Shown here: positions 1-9,893 of the stretch, in pieces
How the letters are laid out: every line of letters starts with the position of its first letter
Numbering within the stretch: the stretch's first letter is position 1
Virus record (IMG/VR): IMGVR_UViG_3300032038_008756
DNA: 64,000 nucleotides
Strand: one strand, 5' to 3'
DNA from: an uncultured virus (IMG/VR IMGVR_UViG_3300032038_008756)
Lineage: Duplodnaviria; Heunggongvirae; Uroviricota; Caudoviricetes
Translations under genes and position numbers: made by a program
Notes under the pieces: model-generated
What the model was told of the DNA's origin: nothing
Database searches by the model: none
The model's input: only the letters and a program-made list of their open reading frames with translations

Positions 1-64
1 TTATGAAGAAGTATGTAATTTACCAAAAGCAATAGTTGGCAGTTATATTCTGCATAATCAAAAC

Positions 65-331
65 ATGGAAGATAAGGATTATAAAAAACTAAGTAATCCA
101 GTTCTATCGCCAGCTTGGAGTCTTGCTGCGTTGCTTAATTACTTACGTGAGATTGATTTCTTCCCTAATATAGAAGTGAATGAACATAGTATAACTATGA
201 ATGTTTCTTACTATGATGAGAAAGAAGCAAGACCACTGGCTCCTGTGCATAACGTTATAGTTGAAACAGATACTTTTGTAGATGCTTGCGTGGCATTGAT
301 TGAGAAATTACACGAACAAAATATATTGTGA
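65..331 (+). CDS. hypothetical phage protein
   Basis: 88 aa ORF; PAWSLAALL resembles TWSLGKLL in ORF 18220-18585. Confidence 0.6.
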   Translation: MEDKDYKKLSNPVLSPAWSLAALLNYLREIDFFPNIEVNEHSITMNVSYYDEKEARPLAPVHNVIVETDTFVDACVALIEKLHEQNIL

Positions 332-531
332 TTATAGGATTTAATAGAGGTGGAAGGCAAAAGAGTAGTAAGATTATGAGTGTAAAAATAAATAAAAGAG
401 CAAATAATAATTATGATATTACTGCGAAAGGTGGTACTATTATACATTCCAATAAAGATTTGAACTTTGTTATTGGATATTTAGGAAACCAATTACAAAG
501 CGGGTTCAAAGAAATAAGAATTACAATTTAA
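328..531 (+). CDS. hypothetical protein
   Basis: short ORF overlapping the previous stop, in a co-directional run. Confidence 0.45.
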   Translation: MIIGFNRGGRQKSSKIMSVKINKRANNNYDITAKGGTIIHSNKDLNFVIGYLGNQLQSGFKEIRITI

Positions 532-542
532 ATGATATAACC

Positions 543-1232
543 ATGAAAGAACTAACAATAGAAGAAAAAGCAGAAGCCTATGATAAGGCTATTGAAAGAG
601 CTAAGAAATGGTATAATGCTCCAAATATAGATAAGATTCCTACCTATGGTAACCGAATTATCGAAGAAATCTTCCCCGAACTCATAGAGTCAGAGGATGA
701 GAGAATAAGGAAAGCATTAATATGTCACATTTCAAAAATTAGTACTGAAATACCTGTAGGGGCACTTCACCGCATCAATGGTGTAGAGATTCCCGATATA
801 CTTGCTTGGCTTGAAAAGCAAAATCTAATTATGGCGAAATCGCCACAATTAGGAGAGCAGAAGCCTGCTTGGAGTGAAGAGGATGAAGATAAATTAAAGT
901 CTATCTTGTTTCATATTGAAGATGTTGAAAATAAAGATGTAATTAATTGGCTCAAATCCCTCAAAGACCAAGTACAACCACAACCCAAGCAAGAGTGGGG
1001 TGAGGAGGATGAAAGAAATCTTAATGATGCAATTTTATTTATTGAAACGGGAACTTACAGTCTTGATAAAGATAACTTAATTAATTGGCTTAAATCCTTC
1101 AGATCTCAGAAGCAGTGGAAGCCGAGTGAAGAACAGATAACTGAGTTACATCGAGTTATAAGTGGATGTTCTTATGATATTGAGCCGTTGGTAGAGATTG
1201 AAAAACATTTAAAGAAATTAATGGAAGAATAG
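543..1232 (+). CDS. hypothetical phage protein with W(S/G)EEDE repeats
   Basis: internal repeats WSEEDE..INWLKS and WGEEDE..INWLKS, then QWKPSEEQ. Confidence 0.75.
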   Translation: MKELTIEEKAEAYDKAIERAKKWYNAPNIDKIPTYGNRIIEEIFPELIESEDERIRKALICHISKISTEIPVGALHRINGVEIPDILAWLEKQNLIMAKSPQLGEQKPAWSEEDEDKLKSILFHIEDVENKDVINWLKSLKDQVQPQPKQEWGEEDERNLNDAILFIETGTYSLDKDNLINWLKSFRSQKQWKPSEEQITELHRVISGCSYDIEPLVEIEKHLKKLMEE

Positions 1233-1236
1233 AGCT

Positions 1237-1440
1237 ATGAAAGTATTTGGATGTCATAGAGAGTTTGGTAGCGGTCTTATAATAGTCACTGCCAATACAA
1301 AGGAAGAGGCATATAAAACTGCCTTGACAGCACCTGATGTTTATGGTGATTATCCCTTAGACGGTTATTATGGAGTAACCGAATTATCTACTAATGTCAC
1401 CGAACCAGAAGTAATAGAAGAAGATGGATATACAGAATAA
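1237..1440 (+). CDS. hypothetical protein
   Basis: 67 aa ORF; decayed duplicate at 2182. Confidence 0.65.
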   Translation: MKVFGCHREFGSGLIIVTANTKEEAYKTALTAPDVYGDYPLDGYYGVTELSTNVTEPEVIEEDGYTE

Positions 1441-1454
1441 AGGAGAGTAAAGTT

Positions 1455-1757
1455 ATGAAGCAATACATAGACAAAGACGATTTAGTAGCAGAGATAGAGA
1501 GAAGAAAGAGGACAATCAGTACAAATTCATTTTTGAGTGAATATGAAGCAGGCTGTAATGACGGTAGAGAGAATGCTTATGATGATATACTTTCTTTCCT
1601 CAACACCCTTGAAGTAAAAGAGGTGGATTTGGAGGAAGAAATGCGTAATTATATTATTAATCACTATCGTATCGGAAGTGACACTCTTGAATTTGATCTT
1701 AATGAAGTAATCAAACATTTCTTTGAACTTGGTCTTAAAGCACAGAAAGGAGAGTAA
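1455..1757 (+). CDS. hypothetical phage protein
   Basis: 100 aa ORF bracketed by a 19-bp direct repeat. Confidence 0.7.
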   Translation: MKQYIDKDDLVAEIERRKRTISTNSFLSEYEAGCNDGRENAYDDILSFLNTLEVKEVDLEEEMRNYIINHYRIGSDTLEFDLNEVIKHFFELGLKAQKGE

Positions 1758-1761
1758 AGTT

Positions 1762-2176
1762 ATGGAAGCAAAAGAATTGATGGTTGGGGATTTGATTTAT
1801 AACCATAGAAATTGGGTTTGTCAAGTTACAGATATAAATAAAGAACATGTTACAGTGATTGCTCAACAATATGGTGAGACACCTTATAGATGGGAAGATA
1901 TATATCCTATTCCTCTCACTACAGAAATCCTTGAAAAGAATGGATTTATTAAGTCTGCTCCCCTTACACCCCCTGGGATTCATACAAAATGCTATGAGTG
2001 TGACAATCCTAAAGAAAAATATCATTTGACTATTGCTGACTACAATAAATACAAAAGACTTTTGTTAAACATTGATAGCAAAGATTCCGAGTGTTTTTAA
2101 TATTAAATGTGAGTATGTCCATCAACTCCAACACGCCCTTAGACTTTGTGGAATTAAAAAAGAAATTATAATATAA
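1762..2176 (+). pseudogene. frameshifted hypothetical phage gene
   Basis: frame stops at 2100 after a T5 run (2094-2098); removing one T continues into IKCEYVHQLQHALRLCGIKKEIII* ending 2176. Confidence 0.6.
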
Positions 2177-2181
2177 AAATT

Positions 2182-2260
2182 ATGAAAGTTTTGGTGGAGA
2201 ACTTATAATAGTTACTGCCAAAACAAAAGAATGGCATATCTTACAACAGCAATGAATGGA
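2182..2260 (+). pseudogene. decayed partial copy of ORF 1237-1440
   Basis: atgaaagt...cttataatagttactgccaaaacaaaagaa matches atgaaagt...cttataatagtcactgccaatacaaaggaa. Confidence 0.6.
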
Positions 2261-2363
2261 GACATTTCTTTAATTAAGGTAGCACTAAAAATAGGGTTCT
2301 AAATAGAGATTTTGCGTCTCTATCCCTTTTTCTTCCTTATTTTTGAATAATAAAATTAAAATT

Positions 2364-3017
2364 ATGTTAATAAAAGAACCTTTTAGAACAGATGGAAATG
2401 GAAGAGTAATATTTATATCGGACCTTCATTACGGTCATGCAAATATTCTTAATATGACAAAACGTTCTTTTGATAATATAGAGGACATGAATAAAAATAT
2501 TGCTGAAACTTTAGCAACTCTTACTCCAGATGACATCCTTTTTGACTTAGGTGATATGTTTTGGAAAGGAGATATAGATACTATTGATAATATTCTAACC
2601 TCCTGTTTAGCTAAGAAGTACAAAATAATGGGCAACCATGATAAGAATGGATTATATAGACAAAATAATGCACCTCTTAACAAACATTTTGAGTTAGTGG
2701 CAGACTTTTTAGAGATTAAGGTTAATTATCAAGGCACTGATTATCGATGTTTTTTAAGTCATTATCCTATGTTAGCATGGAATCACAAATCGATTGGATC
2801 AATAAATGTCGTTGGTCATAGTCATGGAAACTTAGATGAATTTAATGATTCAGTTCCTGATCTAAGATTTGACGTAGGGGTTGATGGAAAATTAGCAACT
2901 GAAAAAGGATCCTGGCTTATAGAGTTTAAGGATATATATGAAGCAACTATGAAGAAAACAGGTGGACTTAGTCCTCAGGAATGGGTGTGGTCAAATTGTA
3001 AAAGAAATGAATTTTAA
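2364..3017 (+). CDS. calcineurin-like metallophosphoesterase
   Basis: motifs SDLHYGH, LGD, GNHD, SHYP, GHSHG. Confidence 0.9.
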   Translation: MLIKEPFRTDGNGRVIFISDLHYGHANILNMTKRSFDNIEDMNKNIAETLATLTPDDILFDLGDMFWKGDIDTIDNILTSCLAKKYKIMGNHDKNGLYRQNNAPLNKHFELVADFLEIKVNYQGTDYRCFLSHYPMLAWNHKSIGSINVVGHSHGNLDEFNDSVPDLRFDVGVDGKLATEKGSWLIEFKDIYEATMKKTGGLSPQEWVWSNCKRNEF

Positions 3018-3340
3018 TGGTAGATACAAATGATTTGGTGGAAGGAAGAACTTATTATTGGATTAATCTAGGATTTAGTGGTGGTAGTTCTTTTAAAGTT
3101 TATGGCTCAACTGTTGATGGAATAAAAGAAGTTATTCTTAAGAAAGATGGGACTTCTAGCTATAGACTTCTTGATAAAAAAGGAAATTATGTTGGATATA
3201 CTTATAACGGCAGAGATATTTTCTTAGATAAAGATGATGCTATTGAAGCCTGGAATGCTAGAATTATGGAAGAACTGGATAGACTTATGGCATTTAAGGA
3301 ACGAAAAGAAAAGGCTATTAAAGCACTTTTAATAAATTAA
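3017..3340 (+). CDS. hypothetical protein
   Basis: 107 aa ORF coupled to the previous stop. Confidence 0.7.
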   Translation: MVDTNDLVEGRTYYWINLGFSGGSSFKVYGSTVDGIKEVILKKDGTSSYRLLDKKGNYVGYTYNGRDIFLDKDDAIEAWNARIMEELDRLMAFKERKEKAIKALLIN

Positions 3341-3377
3341 AAAGAGAAGGGATATTATGTCCCTGTCTCTTCTTTTT
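3341..3377. terminator. bidirectional intrinsic terminator between convergent genes
   Basis: aagagaagggatattatgtccctgtctcttc imperfect hairpin flanked by A and T tracts. Confidence 0.6.
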
Positions 3378-4974
3378 ATATTTCCATTAGAATTAGCATT
3401 ACTATATAAATGATAAATCCGGCCATGACCGTAAGCATATAATTTAAGTTAGTATTAAACTTAGTTATAAATGCTGGTACGAATGGAGCTATAAATACTA
3501 ATCCTGCAGCTATTGATATAATATTATTATCTCTACCGAGTATTAGTATTATTAGTGAATATATTGCAATAAGTAGAGTTACAACAACTACTGACCCTAA
3601 TGAAAATAGTTTTATTTTTTTTATTTCTAAGTCACCAGTTGAAGGATATATTAAACTAAGTAATCCAATCCCAGCTATTATAACAGATGTAAATGTCATA
3701 TACATCACCCTAGACCACGGTCCTCCCAAGATAGCGTATATTATACTATCGATTAATATAATACTGAAGATTATATCAATACTATAAGCAAATGCTTTAC
3801 TTATTTTTTCTAGACTTCGACTCGCTTCTATGATTTTTGATAATTTCCATAGATTTGAATCTGGTGTAGATAAATTTAGAAGATCTACTCTTTGTCTTTG
3901 TCCTTGATGTTTAGAACTAAACATAGAAAACATTAAAATATCGTGTGACTTTATAGTAGACTTATTAGATACTCTTTGTAATCCAGTCCCTCCTTCAATC
4001 CATATTATTCCAGTAGAATTTGAGGGAGTATCTTTTGCAGTATGTTCTATACTGTTAGGAACCTTTTCATATAATATACTATTTCCCTGATTGTTCCAAT
4101 TAAGAACACTTTTATTTTTCCCAAAGAATCCCAGTCTGTTAGCTAATACCCTACACACTGTTTTGGGGAGTCGACTATGGATTGTAATATTATATCCATA
4201 GCTTTTAAGAGTAGCTAATTCTTCTTTGACGTTTGTTCTAAATTCGTAATACATTAACATTGCTCCTAGGAATCTTTTCTCCGGAGTATAAAATACCAAA
4301 ATTTGTTTTCCTAAGTCATTCTGTATTTTTTTAAATTTAATTATATTTTCATCCTCTTTCCCAATGAATTTTTCCATATCGTTAATATAACCCCAAGTAA
4401 TTTGTGCATCAGGATTAGAAACGTTTAATATAGTGGTAAATATATTTTTATAATCTATTTCTACTCGTGTAAATTTTTCTGTTACTTGTACGATAAATTT
4501 TTTATAAGTAGTATAATCTCCAAATACTGCTGGTCCTGCAACTCTAGCTGAGTAGATAATAGATAAAAAATCAAAATTATTAAATGGCTTATTGGGAAGA
4601 AGTTTACAGAATTCTACCTGTAATTGAAGAAGACATTCTAAAAACATTTCTTTTCCATCAGAAACATTTTTGTCAACTTCAAATTCTACAATTGGGTCTT
4701 CTTTAATAATATTATTAAGTTCATCAATAACTATCCTATCACTATTAAGAACTCTTTTATAAGTATTTATATTTCTTACAATTATTCCTAATTTACCCAA
4801 TACTCTATTAACTCTTCCTAAACTAAAGTTCTTTACTACTTCCCCTCGCTTAAATAGCTCATAAACTACTGCTAAGAAAACTGTTCCACTGCATAAGATC
4901 CTAGTATTTCCATTATCAGGTAATACTAATGTAATTATAATACTTATTGCTATAATAATCCAAAATATGTTCAT
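3376..4974 (-). CDS. degenerate P-type ATPase-like protein, P/N and membrane domains
   Basis: segments parallel to P-type ATPase (GIIVRNI..RIVIDELNN; FLGAMLMYYEFRTNVKEELATLKSYGYNITIHS; DSNLWKLSKIIEASR) and multiple TM helices; catalytic motifs lost. Confidence 0.65.
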   Translation of the reverse strand: MNIFWIIIAISIIITLVLPDNGNTRILCSGTVFLAVVYELFKRGEVVKNFSLGRVNRVLGKLGIIVRNINTYKRVLNSDRIVIDELNNIIKEDPIVEFEVDKNVSDGKEMFLECLLQLQVEFCKLLPNKPFNNFDFLSIIYSARVAGPAVFGDYTTYKKFIVQVTEKFTRVEIDYKNIFTTILNVSNPDAQITWGYINDMEKFIGKEDENIIKFKKIQNDLGKQILVFYTPEKRFLGAMLMYYEFRTNVKEELATLKSYGYNITIHSRLPKTVCRVLANRLGFFGKNKSVLNWNNQGNSILYEKVPNSIEHTAKDTPSNSTGIIWIEGGTGLQRVSNKSTIKSHDILMFSMFSSKHQGQRQRVDLLNLSTPDSNLWKLSKIIEASRSLEKISKAFAYSIDIIFSIILIDSIIYAILGGPWSRVMYMTFTSVIIAGIGLLSLIYPSTGDLEIKKIKLFSLGSVVVVTLLIAIYSLIILILGRDNNIISIAAGLVFIAPFVPAFITKFNTNLNYMLTVMAGFIIYIVMLILMEI

Positions 4975-5696
4975 GGCATTATAGTTTCTTCAAATTTAAA
5001 ATAATCATACATAATTGAATGAGCCACTGTATTATTACCAACAGCAATTACATGGCATTCTATATACTCAGGCCCAATTATAGTAGCATACGTTCCAGCA
5101 TATAGGACATCTTCTTCATAAGGTTTAGTATAATTATTGTTAGATGGTTTCATACTCTTCATACTCATTAGCCCCTTTTTATCTTTTGTTATTGAATATC
5201 CTATCAATGCTTCTTCAACTACAATCATCATTGTAGATGGCATATAATCTATTTTAAGATCAGCCGGAATAACCATTAAATTTGAAGGACCTGTTGATTC
5301 TAGTTTTATCCTATCACCAACAACTAATTCTCTAGCTCTAATTCTTTTCCATGACTCTTCCCTTAAAGTCAAGATTTTATTCTTACATATAGGCCAAATT
5401 GAATTTTGATTTCTACAGTATTCCATTGATATAGCCCCAAGAATTACATATATTACAAGAATTATTAAGAAGTATATACATCCCATTATCATCGAAGTTC
5501 CTATCACTGATAAGAGGATATATTTGTATATAAATCCAGAAATTCCAAAATATATTAGCCCACTAAATGCTAGTCCTGGTAAATATTTATTATTCACTTT
5601 TATTAAATCGAAATCGCTAGAATCTATTTTTTCTTTTATAGAAAAACTATTTTCTCCGTTTTTAATTCGTGACTCTAAAACTTCATTATTATTCAT
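4971..5696 (-). CDS. degenerate P-type ATPase-like protein, N-terminal TM and actuator domain
   Basis: IRARELVVGDRIKL, VIPADLKI, VEEALIGYS (TGES position), LYAGT, VIAVGNNT. Confidence 0.75.
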   Translation of the reverse strand: MNNNEVLESRIKNGENSFSIKEKIDSSDFDLIKVNNKYLPGLAFSGLIYFGISGFIYKYILLSVIGTSMIMGCIYFLIILVIYVILGAISMEYCRNQNSIWPICKNKILTLREESWKRIRARELVVGDRIKLESTGPSNLMVIPADLKIDYMPSTMMIVVEEALIGYSITKDKKGLMSMKSMKPSNNNYTKPYEEDVLYAGTYATIIGPEYIECHVIAVGNNTVAHSIMYDYFKFEETIMP

Positions 5697-5732
5697 TTCA
5701 TGTATAAGGGTTTCTTTTCCTTATTTTTGATT

Positions 5733-7280
5733 ATGATTAATGAAATATTTATTAAGAATACTAAGCTAAAATTAAGTAGGTTAGTAGAGTATAGACGAGG
5801 AACTACTAATATAGATATTTCATCAAGAAAGAGAAAAATGAGATATCAACAAGTTCTTACTATAATATCTAAGACTTCATGTATAATAAATAGTACCTGT
5901 GGGCTAGTTAAAATTAATGTTACAGGAGATGGTGATGAAGCTTGGATTATGGAGAGATCTAACACGAAGTATGAGGATACTAACCCATATACGAAAGAAG
6001 AATTTCGAATCTTAGGTTGGTTTATCATAATGACCTATAATTATGGTTATCTTAAGATGTGTGAGGATCTCTGTTTATCAACTAAGAATGAAAATGTTAT
6101 AGAGGGATTTTATAAAACATATGGTTCGTTACTAAGAACATCTCCTTTGAGTGTAGCAATAGATTCTTATGAAGAGAAGACTAGTTCTAGGAAATTTTCT
6201 AGTGTATATGGAAGAAATAAATATTCTATATATCACTTATTAAGGGACTTAGAAAAGGATGAGGCTGAAGTTTTAATTGATAAAGAATTGATTGGGGCCT
6301 ATAAAAGAATAAGTCGCTCTAAGAAAATTGCTCCAAGTAATATATCTTATCTGACTAGTGGTTGGAATAAAGTTTATGGCTTACTTGGAAATAAAGAACG
6401 AGCTAATATAAGTTTAAATCTCATTTCAAAAGTTTCTGTTAATATACCACAAAATGACGTTGGTATTCAATCAGGACCCAGAATTTTAAGTACTTTCAAG
6501 ACAATAAACATAATAAAGGATGGCGTACCTCATATAGACTCTATTGGAGTTAAAGTTAGTAAGGAACTTGCTTTAAAGTTAAAAAGAGTAAGATGCGTTG
6601 ATATGCCATTATTTTATGATAACGAACTGTTGATTGACCTAAGAAAATTACCAATCATTAGTAGAGCAGAGATAAAACCAATCTCATCAACTTCATTAGC
6701 TAAACTTGAGGTGGAAACATTTCTAGCAAAAATTGCTGTAGAATTTTATGATAAATTAGTTCATAAAAATGAATTTGATAAGACTGGTAAAAGAACTCAG
6801 ATTCAACAAACCAAAGATAAAATTTTCCTGAAAAGTTTAGGAATTGTAGGAGATACTTATAACCCTATAAATGAAAAACCAGTTAAGGAAGGAATTTCAT
6901 ATGATTCAAAAACTTATATTAGTTGTATATTCGGACTACCAACAGGTGAAAGACTTAGGAAAGCTTTGAATTATACCTTAGGAATTGTTTCTTATGGTAA
7001 ACAGTTTGGATCTGATATAAAAAACTTAGATAAATTTCTTTCAACACTCGATAGAACAAAGCCTGAAGAATCACTAAGGCATTGGAAGTCTGAGTATGAT
7101 AAGTTATATAAAGAACTTAAGCGGAAAAAATTTGAACTTATACTATCAAAAAAAGTGAGGTTTACTGAAAAAGGTCATCCCAGAGCTTATGGAATAAGAA
7201 AAATTTACAAAGACGCAGATAAACTAGAAACTGAATTGGTAGTAACTTGGAATTTTAAACATAAAACCATTAACATTTAA
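5733..7280 (+). CDS. large hypothetical phage protein
   Basis: long ORF; ATG 3 nt after CCTTATTTTTG motif. Confidence 0.75.
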   Translation: MINEIFIKNTKLKLSRLVEYRRGTTNIDISSRKRKMRYQQVLTIISKTSCIINSTCGLVKINVTGDGDEAWIMERSNTKYEDTNPYTKEEFRILGWFIIMTYNYGYLKMCEDLCLSTKNENVIEGFYKTYGSLLRTSPLSVAIDSYEEKTSSRKFSSVYGRNKYSIYHLLRDLEKDEAEVLIDKELIGAYKRISRSKKIAPSNISYLTSGWNKVYGLLGNKERANISLNLISKVSVNIPQNDVGIQSGPRILSTFKTINIIKDGVPHIDSIGVKVSKELALKLKRVRCVDMPLFYDNELLIDLRKLPIISRAEIKPISSTSLAKLEVETFLAKIAVEFYDKLVHKNEFDKTGKRTQIQQTKDKIFLKSLGIVGDTYNPINEKPVKEGISYDSKTYISCIFGLPTGERLRKALNYTLGIVSYGKQFGSDIKNLDKFLSTLDRTKPEESLRHWKSEYDKLYKELKRKKFELILSKKVRFTEKGHPRAYGIRKIYKDADKLETELVVTWNFKHKTINI

Positions 7281-7611
7281 AAAGTATGACTGAAATTAAT
7301 TCTAACGTCGTAGTTACTAAGGTTGCTGATGTTCAAGTACTTTATACAAAGGAAAAGATTCAAAAAATGCCAGCAAGTCAGATAAGTACTTTGATTAAAC
7401 AAGCAGTAAGTCCCGAAGATAGACAACGAATTAAAAAATGGATTAGTGAATGTCATGGGGACTGATTATGAAGTATTTAGAAGCATTTATAACGTTGATA
7501 AGAGAACTAGATTTTGTAATGTTCAATTTCAGAAGATGTTGTTAGTAGTTTGATAATTGTTAAACCCTGGAGGAGATAGGTGTAAAAATCTGTCTCTTCC
7601 TTATATTTGTT

Positions 7612-8121
7612 ATGAAAGAATCATTAAAAGAACAATTACAAAAATTACTTGTAGATAAAAATCCAGAACTTAAGAAAAGTTTGGAAGAGAAAGAAAAAGA
7701 AAATAAGAAATCCAGAGAAAATGAAATACGCCAAAAGGTTATCAAAGAAACAAAAAGAAAAGATCTTTGTGGGCCTTTTAAACATGAGATAATTCAAGCA
7801 TTTAGGTTAGCAAGAGAAGGAAGATTCGGTGAAAGTCTCATAAAATACCTAGGAGAGATGGATCCACTCTTACTTAAAGGAGACTGGAGTCAATGGAAAG
7901 CAGTAGTATATAAAGGAAAATTTCTCTGGTTAACAGATAGGGACATATATAGATCTTTACCAGCATATCGAGAATTTGAAGTCTATTCTTTAAATGTACT
8001 AGCTGAAAATTCCTATATATTTAAAGAAGACCTAACAGAGGAAGATATAGTGGAAGCTATAAAAGCTCTCAAGAATTGTGTTTGGACCGTAGGTGATATT
8101 GAAAATGATCTCATGAAATAA
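7612..8121 (+). CDS. hypothetical protein
   Basis: 169 aa ORF after CCTTATATTTG motif. Confidence 0.75.
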   Translation: MKESLKEQLQKLLVDKNPELKKSLEEKEKENKKSRENEIRQKVIKETKRKDLCGPFKHEIIQAFRLAREGRFGESLIKYLGEMDPLLLKGDWSQWKAVVYKGKFLWLTDRDIYRSLPAYREFEVYSLNVLAENSYIFKEDLTEEDIVEAIKALKNCVWTVGDIENDLMK

Positions 8122-8167
8122 AAAAAATGAATAGATTGGAAATTAATCCTCTCTATTCTTTTTGTTT

Positions 8168-8596
8168 TTAATCCAGCATGTCATTGACCTCTTCAAGTGC
8201 AAAAGCAGCCTTATCCTCAGCAGTCATAACCTCATTATAGAGCTTATTAGTTACCTTGCAGAGTTTACAGATTTCTTTCTCATCTTTCAGTTGTTCCAAA
8301 CGAAGCTTGATATCATGAGACCATTCCTCATACGTATGCCCATTAAACTTACGAGCTTCATCAACCTTGCCAGTAAGACCGAGTTCAGTAATAGACTTGT
8401 CAATACACTGAATCTCCATTGTCATCTGTGCATGGACTTGTACACATACTTTTTCAGTCATATCAGAAACTGCTCCAAAGGGACCGCAAATACTCTTGAT
8501 TTTAAAATCGTACTTTTTAGTCTTAAGGTCATTTAACTTCTTTTTTAACTTCTTGTAATTTTCTACAAGATTCGTTGTCTCGATTTTCTTTGGCAT
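8168..8596 (-). CDS. hypothetical coiled-coil protein
   Basis: 142 aa ORF followed by a terminator-like hairpin near 8125-8165. Confidence 0.7.
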   Translation of the reverse strand: MPKKIETTNLVENYKKLKKKLNDLKTKKYDFKIKSICGPFGAVSDMTEKVCVQVHAQMTMEIQCIDKSITELGLTGKVDEARKFNGHTYEEWSHDIKLRLEQLKDEKEICKLCKVTNKLYNEVMTAEDKAAFALEEVNDMLD

Positions 8597-9893
8597 AATT
8601 TTTTAAATTTTTGTTTATGAATTTTATTATATTATCATGTTGATCAGTAAATTGATCACCGTAACCGTAGCATTGTAGAATTTTTTCTTGAATCATATCT
8701 ACTTCTGCTGTTTCAAGACGTTTATTTGTCTTTTTATCTCGTATTGACAATATTAAGGACTTTGCCTTTTTATAATATTCACATCTAAAAACGCAATGAC
8801 ACATATGATTACCTTCTTCATAAAATTCTTGAATATTTTGTAAAGGTCTAGCAATTAAGTCTTCAGTTTCCCAAACAATATCAAGCCATTTTTTATGGTT
8901 CTTAATGTAAGAAGAGTTAAACTTTTCTGCACGCTTTAATGTCTCCTCTAATTCTTTCTTTTGTCGAATATTTCGAATACGTCGTCCTGTCTCTCTATGT
9001 GCTTCCTCTATATCCTCTGGACATAAAAGTTTTGGGTTATGAATATCCTCTCCTAACTCAATAAGGTCATGAATATAATCTGACCATATCTGTAGCGTGC
9101 TATTCGTTCCTCCACATACTAATTTTTCTGAAGCAATATCCATTAGATCGTAATATAAATCAAGATTGTTCTCTTTATCTTCAAGATTTTTTACCTTGAA
9201 TTCTCCATTCTTTTCTGCAATAAGCCAGGACCTTTGATAATCTTTCGGCATTTCTAAGAGATGATTGCCAATATCATATATAAAGTAATTTTTATACCTA
9301 TCATTTGCAAAAATCTCATAAAACTGGTCAGTAACGAATTTTAATACTTGATACGGGGAAAAGAGAAATTGTGTCTCATTACTAGAAAATCTTTTCTCTT
9401 TTATCTCTTCCACAAGATTTTCAAATTTCTTAATAGAATATTTAAGTGATTGAAAATTTTCCGTAAGTTCTTTAATTTCAAACTTTACTTCAGTATTCGT
9501 TTTAATACCTAATTGACTATTACCAAGTGAGTGTTCTTTTTCTACTCTATACTCAAAATCTTCTCCAACAATATCTTTTCCATCATATAATCTATAGAAA
9601 TCGTTATTTGATAGCTTATATATCTCCTCCCTAACGCACATTATGTCTAGAGCTTCATTATGATAATATCCAGACCTCCCTACACTAATAAATCTAGCTA
9701 TCTGTTTTTTATTAAAAACATCAAATATAATTATAAGAGTATCTCGCGAAGGGATTTTATTTCTAAATCGACTATAACCATAAGACGGATAATACTCAAC
9801 TTTTACTGGATAAGTGACAGGTATAGGTTCTTTTTTATTCTCCCTAATAATTTTCAATACCTGCTCTCTAGTCATATATAAATTATTACTCAT
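8529..9893 (-). CDS. PcfJ-domain protein
   Basis: C-terminal PLQNIQEFYEEGNHMCHCV..YYKK..SLILSIR..RLETAEV..ILQCYG. Confidence 0.8.
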   Translation of the reverse strand: MSNNLYMTREQVLKIIRENKKEPIPVTYPVKVEYYPSYGYSRFRNKIPSRDTLIIIFDVFNKKQIARFISVGRSGYYHNEALDIMCVREEIYKLSNNDFYRLYDGKDIVGEDFEYRVEKEHSLGNSQLGIKTNTEVKFEIKELTENFQSLKYSIKKFENLVEEIKEKRFSSNETQFLFSPYQVLKFVTDQFYEIFANDRYKNYFIYDIGNHLLEMPKDYQRSWLIAEKNGEFKVKNLEDKENNLDLYYDLMDIASEKLVCGGTNSTLQIWSDYIHDLIELGEDIHNPKLLCPEDIEEAHRETGRRIRNIRQKKELEETLKRAEKFNSSYIKNHKKWLDIVWETEDLIARPLQNIQEFYEEGNHMCHCVFRCEYYKKAKSLILSIRDKKTNKRLETAEVDMIQEKILQCYGYGDQFTDQHDNIIKFINKNLKNYAKENRDNESCRKLQEVKKEVK

